In this document: positions 1 to 11,431 of the stretch, one piece after another | Numbering within the stretch: the first letter of the stretch is position 1 | How the letters are laid out: each line of letters begins with the position of its first letter | Assembly (NCBI RefSeq): GCF_018350175.1 | Contig: NC_058368.1 | Location: forward strand, 53,880,001-53,944,000 | DNA: 64,000 nt | Reading direction: 5' to 3' | DNA from: Felis catus | Taxonomy: Eukaryota | Notes under the pieces: generated by a model | What the model was told of the DNA's origin: nothing | The model's input: the letters and a program-made list of their open reading frames with translations, nothing else | The model's database searches: none | Position numbers and translations under genes: made by a program

Positions 1-366
1 GGGGAGAGGGATAAGGGGTGACACCAAATAGACTCCTCTGAGACCGTGATAAATATGCCTTCTCCAACAGTAATTCAACAAAGCACATATTGACAACTAA
101 TATACAACTTCAGGACAGTTATAGTCTGATCATCTATGGATTTTCCCCCTTACGCCTTTCCTCTCCCTCCCATGCCCAAAGATTTCAGGTTAAACCCCTA
201 CAACATTGCTGTAACATATCCTACCAAGATCTGAAAGGAATAGAACGTGAGGCCATTTTTTTTTCTTAATTTTTTGATAACATATCCTGCCTAGGAAGGT
301 AATAATGTTCACGAGAGAACAGCTCAAAGGAGAACCTGGTGGGGTTCAGGATTCTGGAACATTCTG

Positions 367-628
367 TTTTTGTTTTTTGTTTTTTGGTTTCTTTAAATTT
401 TTGTTTTTGTTTTTGTTTTTATTATGTTTCTTTATTTTTGAGAGGCAGAGAGAGACAGAGCATGAGTGGAGGAGGGGCAGAGAGAGAGGGAGACACAGAA
501 TCTGAAGCAGGCTCCAGGTTCTGAGCTGTCAGCCCAGAGCCTGAGATGGGGCTGGAACCCACGAACTGGTGAGATCATGACCTGAGCCGAAGTTGGACAC
601 TCAACTGACTGAGCCACCCAGGCACCCC
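367..628 (-). mobile_element. Can-SINE (SINEC_Fc family)
   Basis: Reverse complement begins GGGGTGCCTGGGTGGCTCAG (tRNA-derived head), followed by a CT-rich tract and A-rich tail. Degenerate TSD ggaacattctg/ggcacatcctg. Confidence 0.95.
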
Positions 629-751
629 ATGGCACATCCTGGTTCTTATGTGATTCTAAAAGATTTTTAGGAGCTTCACTGGTAAAATAACAATGCATCA
701 TAGAGACTACACTGGCAAGTCCTTCAGCTCTTCCCATTGTTTTTGTGTAAT

Positions 752-1165
752 GGTTTTATTGAGATGCCATACATTTGTGCATTTAAAGCGTTCAGTGACA
801 GGGGTGCCTGGGTGGCTCAGCTGGTTAAGCATACAACTTTGGCTCAGGTCATGATCTCACGGTCCGTGAGTTCGAGCCCTGCATCAGGCTCTGTGCTGAC
901 AGCTCAGAGCCTGGAACCTGCTTCAGATTCTGTGTATCCCTCTCTCTGCCCCTCCCTTGCTCAGACTCTATTTCTTTCTCTCTCAAAAATAAACATTAAA
1001 AAAAAAAAAAAACAGCGTCCAGTGCTATTCACAGAGTTGTGCAACTTTCAAAATTTTCATCACTCCAAAAGAAACCTGTTCACTAAAACACTTCCCATTT
1101 CCCCTCAACTCCTTCCCTAGCCCTAGGCAATCACCAGTCTACCTTTGTCTGTTTGGACTTGCTGA
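752..1165 (-). mobile_element. Old L1 (L1MB-like) 3' end fragment, interrupted by a SINE
   Basis: ttttattgagat...ttcacagagttgtgcaac...ttttcatcactccaaaagaaacc...ccctaggcaatcaccagtctac resembles antisense L1M 3' UTR. Confidence 0.75.
801..1012 (+). mobile_element. Can-SINE (SINEC_Fc)
   Basis: GGGGTGCCTGGGTGGCTCAG head, CT tract, AATAAA and poly(A). TSD aaagcgttcagtg/acagcgtccagtg. Confidence 0.95.
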
Positions 1166-1899
1166 CTCCTCAAATGAAACTTCAAATGGGTTTTGCCCAC
1201 TATGTTACTCTTATGTAGACTGTTGTTCCAGATGAAGTGTCCATAGCACTACTTGCCTGAATTAAACAATTCACCATGTGACTGTCTAGTGGGAATAAAG
1301 CATCATGTTAGGCACACAGAAGTTTAATAGGGGAGTTTTCAGCCTAGTTGTGGGAATTATTTTAAAAAGTGATAAATACCAAGAAAGCAATACACAGTGC
1401 TATGTCATTTTAAAGTGTCTCCCTCACTCTTGCTCTCCAAAGCTGGCAGGCCCTCTAAAAGTCAATGCTCACCAGGAATTACCCCAGACATGGGTTCCCA
1501 TTTACGGTCAACATTCTGAACCATTTGCTAGAATCCCAAACAGTTTCTGATTTCCTCAGATTCTGATCCCTTTTTTTGGGATCTTTGGGATTCCTGAATT
1601 CTATTTTGTTTGTCCTTCACAATATTGTTTTGGATCTTGTGACAGAGATGGAGAGTTGCTTCCTGCTTCCTTCACTGCTTTCTGGTCATACTATCTACCT
1701 TTTGTTCTCTTATCATGTCAAATTCCTTTTTAGCTAGGTGCCTTTGCATCACTATTCTGCTTTCTTACTCTACTTGATTCCTATGATTTCCTGAGTTTTA
1801 ACCAACCATTTTTCAAGCCTAGGCTTAAAAATGGTACTTCCTAGTCAGACTAGGCCAGACTAGGCCAGGTGCAGCCTTTAGGGAAACTTTACGTTCATC

Positions 1900-2075
1900 C
1901 TTTAGTCTTCTACCAAGATTGTAATCTCAATTATTTCTACAATCATTTGTTAAATATCTATTTCCCTTACTAACTCATGATGCAAGTATTCACACAATTT
2001 CACAACTGTATGTCTGGAACCTAGCATAGTGCCTGGAACAGATTAAACTCTAATATATGTTTGTGAATAAATGAA
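1900..2075 (+). mobile_element. L2 3' end remnant
   Basis: cctagcatagtgcctggaaca...atatgtttgtgaataaatgaa resembles the L2 terminus. Confidence 0.6.
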
Positions 2076-2193
2076 AATCATGAATATGAGGACTAGAGGC
2101 AGCCCATTCCCTAAACCAAAACAGGAGTACTTAACATGCTATCCTGAAATCGTCTGTTTCTTTCTGTTCCCACCATTGGCTAGCAAATTTCTT

Positions 2194-2426
2194 TTTTTTT
2201 TTTTTAATTTTTTTTTCAACGTTTATTTATTTTTGGGACAGAGAGAGACAGAGTATGAACGGGGGAGGGGCGAGGGGCAGAGAGAGAGGGAGACACAGAA
2301 TCGGAAACAGGCTCCAGGCTCTGAGCCATCAGCCCAGAGCCCGACGCGGGGCTGGAACTCACGGACCGCGAGATCGTGACCTGGCTGAAGTCGGACGCTT
2401 AACCGACTGCGCCACCCAGGCGCCCC
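2194..2426 (-). mobile_element. Young CpG-rich SINEC_Fc
   Basis: Head GGGGCGCCTGGGTGGCGCAGTCGG with CpGs intact. Perfect TSD aaatttctt (2185-2193/2427-2435). Confidence 0.97.
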
Positions 2427-2547
2427 AAATTTCTTAAGGCCAGAAATGTATGCATTTCAATGTCTGACACATAGTAGTTACTTATTTATTGCAGTATATA
2501 TAGCAGTTTGTGTCTCAAGAATGCTGGCCCTTTGTCTTAATATATTT

Positions 2548-2772
2548 GGTTCTTGTTGGTTTGTTTTTTAAATGTTTATTTACTAATTTTGAGAGAGAGA
2601 GGGAGTGTGAGTTGGGGAGAGGCTGAGAGAGAAGGAGAGCAAGAATCCCAAGCAGGCTCCCCACTGTCAGTGCGGAGCCCCATGTGGGGCTCAAACTCAT
2701 GAACTGTGAGATCATGACCTGAGCTGAAATCAAAAGTCAGATGGTCAACCAACTGAGCCACTCAGGCGCCTC
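2548..2772 (-). mobile_element. Can-SINE (older SINEC_Fc2-like)
   Basis: gaatcccaagcaggctcc variant. TSD tgtcttaatatattt/tgtcttaatctattt. Confidence 0.93.
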
Positions 2773-2799
2773 TGTCTTAATCTATTTGACCTCTAACTG

Positions 2800-3340
2800 T
2801 CTGATCTTGATCTTCTCTACCAATGATAATACCCAGGCCCATCAATCTAAAGGGTATTTGTAGGTTTATGACTCACCAGACTGGAACTCTGTCCCTGGTT
2901 TCACCCCTGAGTACCTATAGTTACATCTCAGATTTAAGAGAAGATTGGTTCTGTCTTTCCTCTATCCCTCCAAATTTGTTTGTTCAATTTTAGAAAATGG
3001 TTTTACCATTGCTCTAATGCTTGAGCTAAAATCATTGATACTTCCCTTTTCAAAATACCCCATGTCTAAACTATAAGTAAACCTTTTAAAAACATACCTA
3101 GGATTCATTTAATTCATTTTGTGTACTTAAAAGACATACTTGAGATCCATTAGAGCATTTATTTTATTCATTTATCACTATCTGAAGTTATTTATTAGAG
3201 TTCTAGTTTTTGATCGTGCTTTTTCACTAGACCATCAGCTTCTTGAAGTAATAGATCTTGTTTTCTTTTCACTATTTTTACCCTGGTGCTCAGAACAGGA
3301 CCTGTACCTTAACAAATACTTGTTGAATGAATGAATGAAA
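2800..3340 (+). mobile_element. L2 remnant
   Basis: Degenerate L2 body ending aacaaatacttgttgaatgaatgaatgaa. Confidence 0.55.
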
Positions 3341-4552
3341 AATGAGCATTTGTGTGAGCAGACTAAACTGAGTAGGGGAAGCAATGGTAATGGAAAAAGT
3401 AATAGCACATCTTTGGAAAAAATACTGGGGAGGGGAAAAAGCACAAACAAGAAAAGGTAGAGATGAAATGTGATTATAAATGCTAAGTTTTAACAGGTTT
3501 GGGTCATGCACCCCTTTGTGAATATTATGGTATTATTTGACACATAAATTCAGAGTATTCCCTGGATACTCTGAATCTCGTCCAAGATCCTCTCAAACGG
3601 GGTCATAGATGTCACTCCCCGAGTGAGAATTTCTAGAGTTGGTTTCGTTCTGAAGGTCAGCTTCCACCTAACGTTGTCACTTTTTTGACACTGCAGCCAT
3701 TACATCAAATTCCCCCTTGAGATGGTCAGAAATGAAAGTATTCAGTTGGTGCTACATTAGGCTCACAGAATTTAAGGTTAGACAAAGCTGCACAGGACAA
3801 AATGCAAAGCAAAAGAATTACCCCAAGAATATGCTTCCTGCAGTGGAGTTACTCCAGATATTGCCAGCTTCTCTCCTTAATCTTAGCTGAAGTATTGTTA
3901 AAATTCATTAAGATCCACACTGTACTCATAGTTTCCAAAGGAAAGTAAATTACTATGAAACTTGTGTGGAGATGGGGACTTGAAAACGAATCATTGGCCA
4001 AATATAATTTTCCCATTGGATTAGTCCAAAGGATAAGGAAATGTGTGTCTTAAGAGCAACTTCTCGTGCACCTCAAATGTTCAGCATGTTGAAGCCACCA
4101 GAGACCATTGAACCTCCTACCTGGTAGGCTACACTGGAATAATGTCACATTTGACTAACACTCCCTAGAAAACTTTACTTGCCTGTACTGCCTCGCTTTC
4201 ATGGGACGGTGTCCAGGATAAGCAGGGAAACATTTTCCCCCCATTTTATCTGAGTTTGCTCAAGGAACTGAAATCACCGTGTCCCAAGCCACATGCCATG
4301 TGCAAGGCCTCCAACAAGCACACAGAAAACTCTAAGGAATCGTTATTCAGGGCCTCTTGCCTTCTGTGAGCCTGTGGAATTCAGGTGCCCACAGGAAGGA
4401 GTGGAGAGGTTTTTCCAGCCTGACCGTATCAGCCGTCTCACCGCAAGAACCTTCTGTTTTGGCTGAAATCCTTCTATCAGACTCAGGCTTGTGTATGGCC
4501 AAATGTGAAATTAATGTGTCTGGTTTATATTTTATAAGTGTTTCCTTCACAG

Positions 4553-4777
4553 GCTCCTGTCCGTATCTCCACTGGCCTGACTGCTTTGTACGCATGTTTG
4601 TTTTTCAAGAGGAGGCATGACAGTTGGACACTGGAGAACATAAACTCTAGAAGCTTAAACTCGGGCAGCAGTGAAATCAGTGATGACAAAGAGAACCACA
4701 GGCACTTGAGTACAGAGGAGAAAATCAAACAAATAGGATCTATGATATAAGGATGGAGGAGGGGATTTAATAATGAT
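4553..4777 (+). other. Exon-like segment (unverified, probably non-coding)
   Basis: Acceptor tgtttccttcacag|G and donor GAT|gtgagt. The phase-0 frame stops at 4748-4750 and the peptide is not recognised. Confidence 0.2.
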
Positions 4778-7700
4778 GTGAGTGTGGGGTGGGCCGTAAA
4801 AGCAATAGAGAGTTTTTGGTGGATTAAGCAAAGGTTTCAGCAGTGATCCTTTTCTCCTCTTTGTGAGGTGTGGGTTGCTATAAGCTATAGTGCTGTGGCA
4901 AAGGGCTTGGTGGAGAGGAAAACAGTTTTAAAATTTCTCCTTAGAACCCAGCCCACTGGAATTATGAAAGCGGCCTCAGTAAGTCAGATAGACTTGCATG
5001 CCTCCAGTTACAGAGGTGTAGGAAAAGGAGAGACTTCAGTTACTGGAAACTAGTATTTGCGTTGGACAACATTATTATTTGAATTGGATGGTGGAGGCAG
5101 AGGTGCATCTTAACTTTATCACACACATTACACATTTGATTTGTAATCCATCCACTCAGGGCCATTTTGTGCGTGGGTACAGGTTGATCGTGAATGTTTT
5201 TTAAACAGGTTTTTAAAATCACCTTTAAGCTCCTTGAATATTCTAAGAATATTCTCAAGCTCCTTAAGCATTCCAAGACTAATTTGTTTGCAAGTCAAAG
5301 ATTGACACCTGCTATATTCTATTGTTGATTACTTTTTCAAAGTAACTTAAGTATCTAGCCAGCTTTGGAAGCCTGCCTTGCTACTCTTTTCTTCGGTACG
5401 TAGAAGAATCCGAGCAACCCATTCAATAAAATATTTTTCCCCTCAAAGAGAGTAAAACAGGCTGGGATATGCCCATCTGACACACAAGGTAGTTTGCCTT
5501 TTAAGGTTACATTCTCTGGGATGAAAAAATTACTCAGTGTAGGTGACTTGGATGGTGACTTCTGAAAATACCCTGTTAAAGGTAAATGAATCATCCTTCT
5601 CCAAATAAAACGAGCTCAGTATTTAAGGGGCTTGCTTTTCTAAATTCTCCCAACCTTCCTTTTTTATTATCTGCTAGATTGAGAATGAGTTGTGCTCACT
5701 GATCACTAGCAGGGAATAGCGACCCTTCCTTCCGCAGCTCATTAACTTGCAGGAAGCCTTCACAGTTCACTCCAGGCCCATCACGCTTCACTCCCCCAAG
5801 GAGGGAGGGTGTGCTCGGGTTTGAGCGTGGGGGTAGGAATGGAGGCGTTTCCGTTCTATTTTGGTTTCTCCTACTGACTGGCTGCTCAGCTGTTCATGAG
5901 TCACCTTAACCTCAAAATCTGTCATTAAGACAGAAATAATGATACCTATTTTCTGTGCCTTACATGAATTGTATGAAGACGTTATTCATATTTCTGAAAT
6001 ACATGTGAGAATTAGTCAAGGTTAGATAGAAGGAAAAGTACAATGTAATTGTTCTTGAGCCATGATAAATACACTTTTAGCATTTAGATTTTGCGAATTC
6101 TATGTACCGAAAGATTAAGAATGAGAAGAGATCCTAATAAGGATTAAATTCGACAAAGTATTTGACAGACGGGATCAAGAATATATATGGTATAAATAAT
6201 ATATGGCATTAAACTTACTTATTCAAATATTCAGTTAATAAAATTTTCTTGAGCATCCAGGAATTGAATTAGACATTAGGGATACCATATGACACAGAAC
6301 CTCTCCTAAAGGAGACCACATAGTAGAAATGAAACAGTAAATGGCTATAGGTAATGGCATATGCAAATCTTGTGGTATTTAGAAGATTTTTTTATCTTAA
6401 TGTCATCAATACTAGTGGTTCTTAAAGCAGTGGTTAGGAGCTTCAGAAAGAGAATTTGCCTTAATAGTTTATATTTGTATATCTTATATATTTATAGAAG
6501 TTTACATTTATCTTAAATATATTTCTCTTCAGTATGACTTACCTTCATTATTCTTTTTCTACATTTGTGAGTTTATTGTTAATTTTTTGCCTATTCATGT
6601 GTAGATACAATAATATTAAAGTACATGAGTTTGTCTCTTGACAGCATTTTGCCCACATTGTATATATTGTTTGGATTATTTAGTGCTATCAACACTATAT
6701 AATAAGTGCTCTGTCATTGTAACTTTCCTCAGATGATCCTACTAAAATGTCTAAATGATAATTAGCCTGTGCTTTAATTCTTGCTCTCAATATCCAGCAA
6801 GCTTACATAAGCAGATTGATTTGGGTAGCTGCTTTTTTGGCTGTTTTCATAAAGTCCAAGTTTCTCGCGTGGATTGTTATATATTTGACCCCTTAACTTG
6901 GAAGAGTATTTTACGGATGCTCTATGTAATTCTTTCTGGTCTGCCCACACACAGCTTCTACCCTATGAAACAGTCTTTACAACAGGCTCCTACAAACAGA
7001 CTTCTGCCAAACTGAATAGCCTTTAGGAACAGACCCTGACAAATAATGAAAATAAGTTTATTTGGGTTTGGGGAGCAAAACAGAAATAGAAGCAAATGCC
7101 TACGCTTCATTCACCCAGCCAAAGTCCAAGGGAAGATACGCTCACTAATTGGCATCCTTCTCCGTGGGATGGTTGGGAGAATTCTGAATGTGATATTATT
7201 GGCCTTTCCTGGACCACAGCTTGTTATGTGGTTCCCCCTATTCCATGTCCCAGGGAGAGATGAAAGAGCAGCATTCAGTCTCCAGGTAGCAGCATCCAAA
7301 CGCTGGCTGGAATCCTAAACTCTCAGCCCCAGTGTATAAGCTGGGCTCAGATCTTCTATCATGTTGCCCTGTTCCTCCCAAGCAGGGCTAACTCATCACT
7401 GATCCTTCTCTCTTAACCATGTTTCATGAGATATGGGGGCTTTTCTCTTAGTGTTCTGTTTTCTCCCTTAAAGATCTATTCAGAGAGAAGGGGAATTCTA
7501 ATTATCGTTGCCACAGTGGTTTTATCGCACTTAGGAGAAAGAAAATAAATTGAATTATTCTTCTAGCTTGATCTTACTGCCCACTATAGAAAGTTATTTT
7601 TTATCCTTGTTATGTTTTATGTCAATGCACTTACCATCTAAACCCTAAACACATTTAGTAGGATGTTTCCCTTTCTTTTACTCAGGGACAGATTTCATGC

Positions 7701-8549
7701 TAATATTTTATGCAAAACCCACACATACAGGTGGACATTTTCTTCTCCTTTCTCATTCCTCAACTTATTTGAAATTGGCACAGGAACATGATTGAAATTC
7801 AGTTTCTTAAAAATTAGATAATTCTCTATTTCTAATCCATTAGATTTTACATATTCCTCTGAGCACTCTATTTTTCACCTCGCAGCTTCTTTCTTCCCAT
7901 GATACAAAGTAATCCTTGCTAAAGGTATCAGCATTACTCTCCAAACCCTCATTTCTCCACTGTCCAATTACATCCTATCAGTAGACTCAGCTGAATTATT
8001 GATGTCAGGACCCATCCTTCTGTTATTGAGGGAAATTGAAGGAGCACTATTTTAGTAGCTCAGATTAATCGGCACCCAATTGAACTTAATCTTGTTCTAA
8101 CCTAGTAGCTAGGATTCTGACCTGTACCCATGACCAAGTGCCCACCTTTGTCACCAACAGCTAAATATCTCATATATTGGCTCATCTTTGAGTATTTACC
8201 CAGATAATCTACTCATCCTTCCCATTAGCTTCCTTTATCTTCACTTCTATTGTCCATTCTCTTGTGTATCGGCATCCCATCCACTACCTCTTTATTAGTT
8301 CAATGGTTGTTTTCCCTCAGCTTCCCTGCCTTCTGGGCACCAACTGTCATCCAGACCACATCTCCTCCTCTCACCTGCTCCATTTCCTGCATGATCATGT
8401 TTTCACTAACTTTCTCCTGAGATATTACCTCTTAGCTCTTTTAGTGCCTCCCTTAGGAATCCGTCTGACGTGTCATCGGTTACCTTTCGCCATACTCTTT
8501 GAGTACTAGGGATGTTGGAAACTGCTCAGAATATTTATCAAATATTTTT

Positions 8550-9015
8550 AAGGCAATCCCGACTTCTAAGTACTACCTCTGAGAATCCATTAGAAGGGAA
8601 TGCAAACTACAGGGAAAAAAGTAAGTACACAAAAATGCTCAGTGTTCCTATGTATAGTAGGAAAATAACTAGAAAATACCAGCAACAAAGGAATGTTTAA
8701 ATAAAGAATAATAAACCATCTGAGATACTCTAATGCAAACAAACATTAAAATTGTTTCTAAAGAGAGAGTGCTATAATAATATGAAAACATCTTTACACT
8801 AAGTTGAATTATCTCAATTAAATGAAGTTAGTTTAATTTAGTGTAAAAATTTAAAAGTCAGGATTTACTGTATAGAGTGTGATAATAACGAAGTTAAAAA
8901 AAAATTTTAACTTCTACACAGAAGTCAAAACTAGAAAGAAAAGAAGCAATATAAACATGAGTGGTTGACTATCTTTTAATAGCCTTTTTTAAATTTTTCT
9001 GTATCTTCTGAATGA
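8550..9015 (+). mobile_element. Ancient L1 (L1ME-like) 3' fragment
   Basis: aatcccgacttctaag...aaggaatgtttaaataaa degenerate L1 3' similarity. Confidence 0.5.
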
Positions 9016-9019
9016 CTAG

Positions 9020-9639
9020 TGTGCTAGGCAGCCTCTAAGGTGGCCCCTGATGACCCCCACTTCTTGAAATGTGCACCTTTCTATAATTCCCTTTTCTTGA
9101 ATGTGGGCTGGACTTGCTTTTAACCAACAGAATATAGCCAAGATGATAGGCTATCACTTTCATAATTAGATTATAAAAGACTCTAACTTCCATCTTGCTA
9201 GCAAACTTTCTCTATCACCTTCTTTACTTTCATAATTTGATGAAAAAGCTGCCATGTGGGAGAAGCCCACCTGGCCAGAAACTGAGGGCATATTCCAATC
9301 AACAGCTGTGAGGAACAGGGGGACTCAGTCCAACAACCTGTGAAGAAACTAATGCTGCCACCACTACTGATTGAGCTTCAGAGTGGAAGGAATTCAGAGT
9401 GGATCGAGCTTCAGAGCTTCCTTCCTCAGTTAAGCCTTCAGATGAGACTCCAGACCCTAGGCTGAAGCTTTACTGAAGCCTTGTTAGAGAACACAAAACA
9501 GAGGATCCAGCTAAGCTGTGCCCAGATTCCTGGCCGCACCCCCCCCCCCCCCCCAACCAAACCTATTATAAAATAAATGCGTTTATTTTAAGCAGCTAAG
9601 TTTTGGAATAATTTGTTACACAGCAATAAGTATCTAGCA
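9020..9639 (+). mobile_element. MaLR solo LTR (MLT1E/F-like)
   Basis: Starts tgtgctaggcagcctctaaggtggcccc and ends aataaat...taagttttggaataatttgttacacagcaata, typical of MLT1. Confidence 0.85.
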
Positions 9640-10203
9640 CCTGAAAGTATCATTTTGATAATACAGCAGTAAACTTTTTTTTAAAAAAGGATATTCAAAT
9701 AAGAAGTGAATTTGAGGTGCTAAAGGACTTTGTGAACATCTCTTGCACAATTGCCCTTAGAAGCTGACCCCCTGCCCTAGACTAGAGGGAAGGAGTGTGG
9801 GCATTATCACTGCAAAGGACAGAATAGTTGTACAAGTTCCCAGTGGTAAAGGGTCACTGTGGACACTTCAGCATTTGGGTTTTTCTTGTCCTGCTCTCCT
9901 AGAAAACTGAGTGACTTGGAGGATAGAGCACTCCTCCCTGAATTAGAAACCTGCCTCTATGGGAAGTTGCCTTAAATCTCTTTGGGAGAAATCTTCACTT
10001 TCCTGTAAAGTTCCCCACCCTTACCTGGAAAGTAGGAAAATAAGCTACTGTGACACTGAAGATCTCTTTGCTCCACCCCATAAGAGAGGTGATGGAATGA
10101 AAGGGCTCGAACACCGACCCTGTGATATTATCTGAGGAGGCTTGTCAGAGGGGAGTGGTGTCTTTCCACCTTGCACCTCTGGGGGCGCACCCCTAGTGCT
10201 TAC

Positions 10204-10230
10204 CCGAGGACAGCCTCCAGGAAATATCCA
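10204..10230 (-). other. Candidate 27-nt microexon
   Basis: Minus strand reads ttctttgtcccttccaccacag|TGGATATTTCCTGGAGGCTGTCCTCGG|gtaagc. Length is a multiple of 3 and no frame has a stop. Confidence 0.25.
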
Positions 10231-11065
10231 CTGTGGTGGAAGGGACAAAGAATTGTTTGTCCCTGACCACCGAATCTTCAACCAAAAGGAGAGAAGCAAC
10301 TATAACTTAGGGAAGGGGTAAGAAATTGCTTTTAGGTGATCCTGTCTGTATGGCTTTGTATATCAGAATTTTCCAAAGCCAGGCATTTGGGGTTTTTAAA
10401 ACTATGTATATAGATACAGGTGTGTGGTGGAGGGGTGGGGTCAGGCAGGGGCTCAAGGAGGTGGGAGAGAACTCAGACAAATGGCTGAGTGTACCTAGAC
10501 AAGGAAAGGGTGAAGGGGCTCTTGCCCTTTTGTGTATTAATTCTTCTCTTTCTGTCTTCTGCCCCCTGGCCCTACCCCATGTAAGTTTCTCCATCCAGCT
10601 GAGTATTGGCTCCTTCCTGAAGCTGTGTCCACCCCAATATCTGGTCCCACCACTCCTCTTCCTTGAGAACCCAGTCTCATTAATACAATCATTTGACCAC
10701 AATTCGTGAATCATAACCACATGGACCTTCCAGAAAGGAAACAGCTAATACAGCTCTTTCTAGAGACACAGTTTGAGTTTTGGAGACACAATTTGTTCTA
10801 ATATACAAGACGGATGGGAAACACCACTATTAGCATCTGCCTGAGTCACCGACACTTAGATGTTTTCTCTCAGCAGTTGTCACGTTATGGGAAAAATGCA
10901 TCACCATGCAGGGGTGTGTGAAGGACGAGCAGTCACAGATTAATAATCAGACACTCTCAGAGCCCAATCATAGATTGAAACAAAAAGCCAGAGATACCGT
11001 CTCATTACTACAAATATTTGCTTATAAATGACATCTGTTGATGTATTTTTTTTCTCCACTGACTC

Positions 11066-11431
11066 TGTATTAGTTTAGGCTGCCTTAAAGAAATACAATA
11101 GACTGGATAGTTTAACAACAGGTAATTATTTTCTTACAGTGCTAGAGTCTGGAAGTTAAGAGGTCAGAGTACCACTATGGTCACTTTCTGTTGAGAGCTC
11201 TTTTCCTGGCCACCTTCTCACTGTGTCCTCCCATGGGGGATGGGGAGGGAGAGAGAGAAGGTGGCAGAGGGCAAGCTCTCTTGGTATCTCCTTTTATAAA
11301 GGCACTAATCCCATTATGAGTGCCACACCCTCATGACCTCATCTAACCCTGATTACCTCCCAGAGGCCCCATCTCCAAATACCATGTCAACACACACATT
11401 TGGGGGAGACACAAATATTCAGGGTGTAGCA
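11066..11431 (-). mobile_element. MaLR solo LTR (MLT1A-like)
   Basis: tgtattagtt...ggctgcc...cacccTCATGACCTCATCTAACCC...ggggagacacaaatattcag. Confidence 0.88.

Noticed and set aside
305..1120. Recurrent ORFs with GAWVAQSVKRPTSAQVMIS-type peptides here and across the window
   Set aside because: These are translations of Can-SINE sequence, not a gene family.
3548..3576. 11-bp perfect inverted repeat attcagagtat/atactctgaat
   Set aside because: About one such hairpin is expected by chance in 64 kb of AT-rich DNA. It is too short for a pre-miRNA.
10307..10720. Overlapping antiparallel ORFs of 137 and 127 aa
   Set aside because: Non-ATG starts, no recognisable domain, and locally higher GC lowers the stop frequency.
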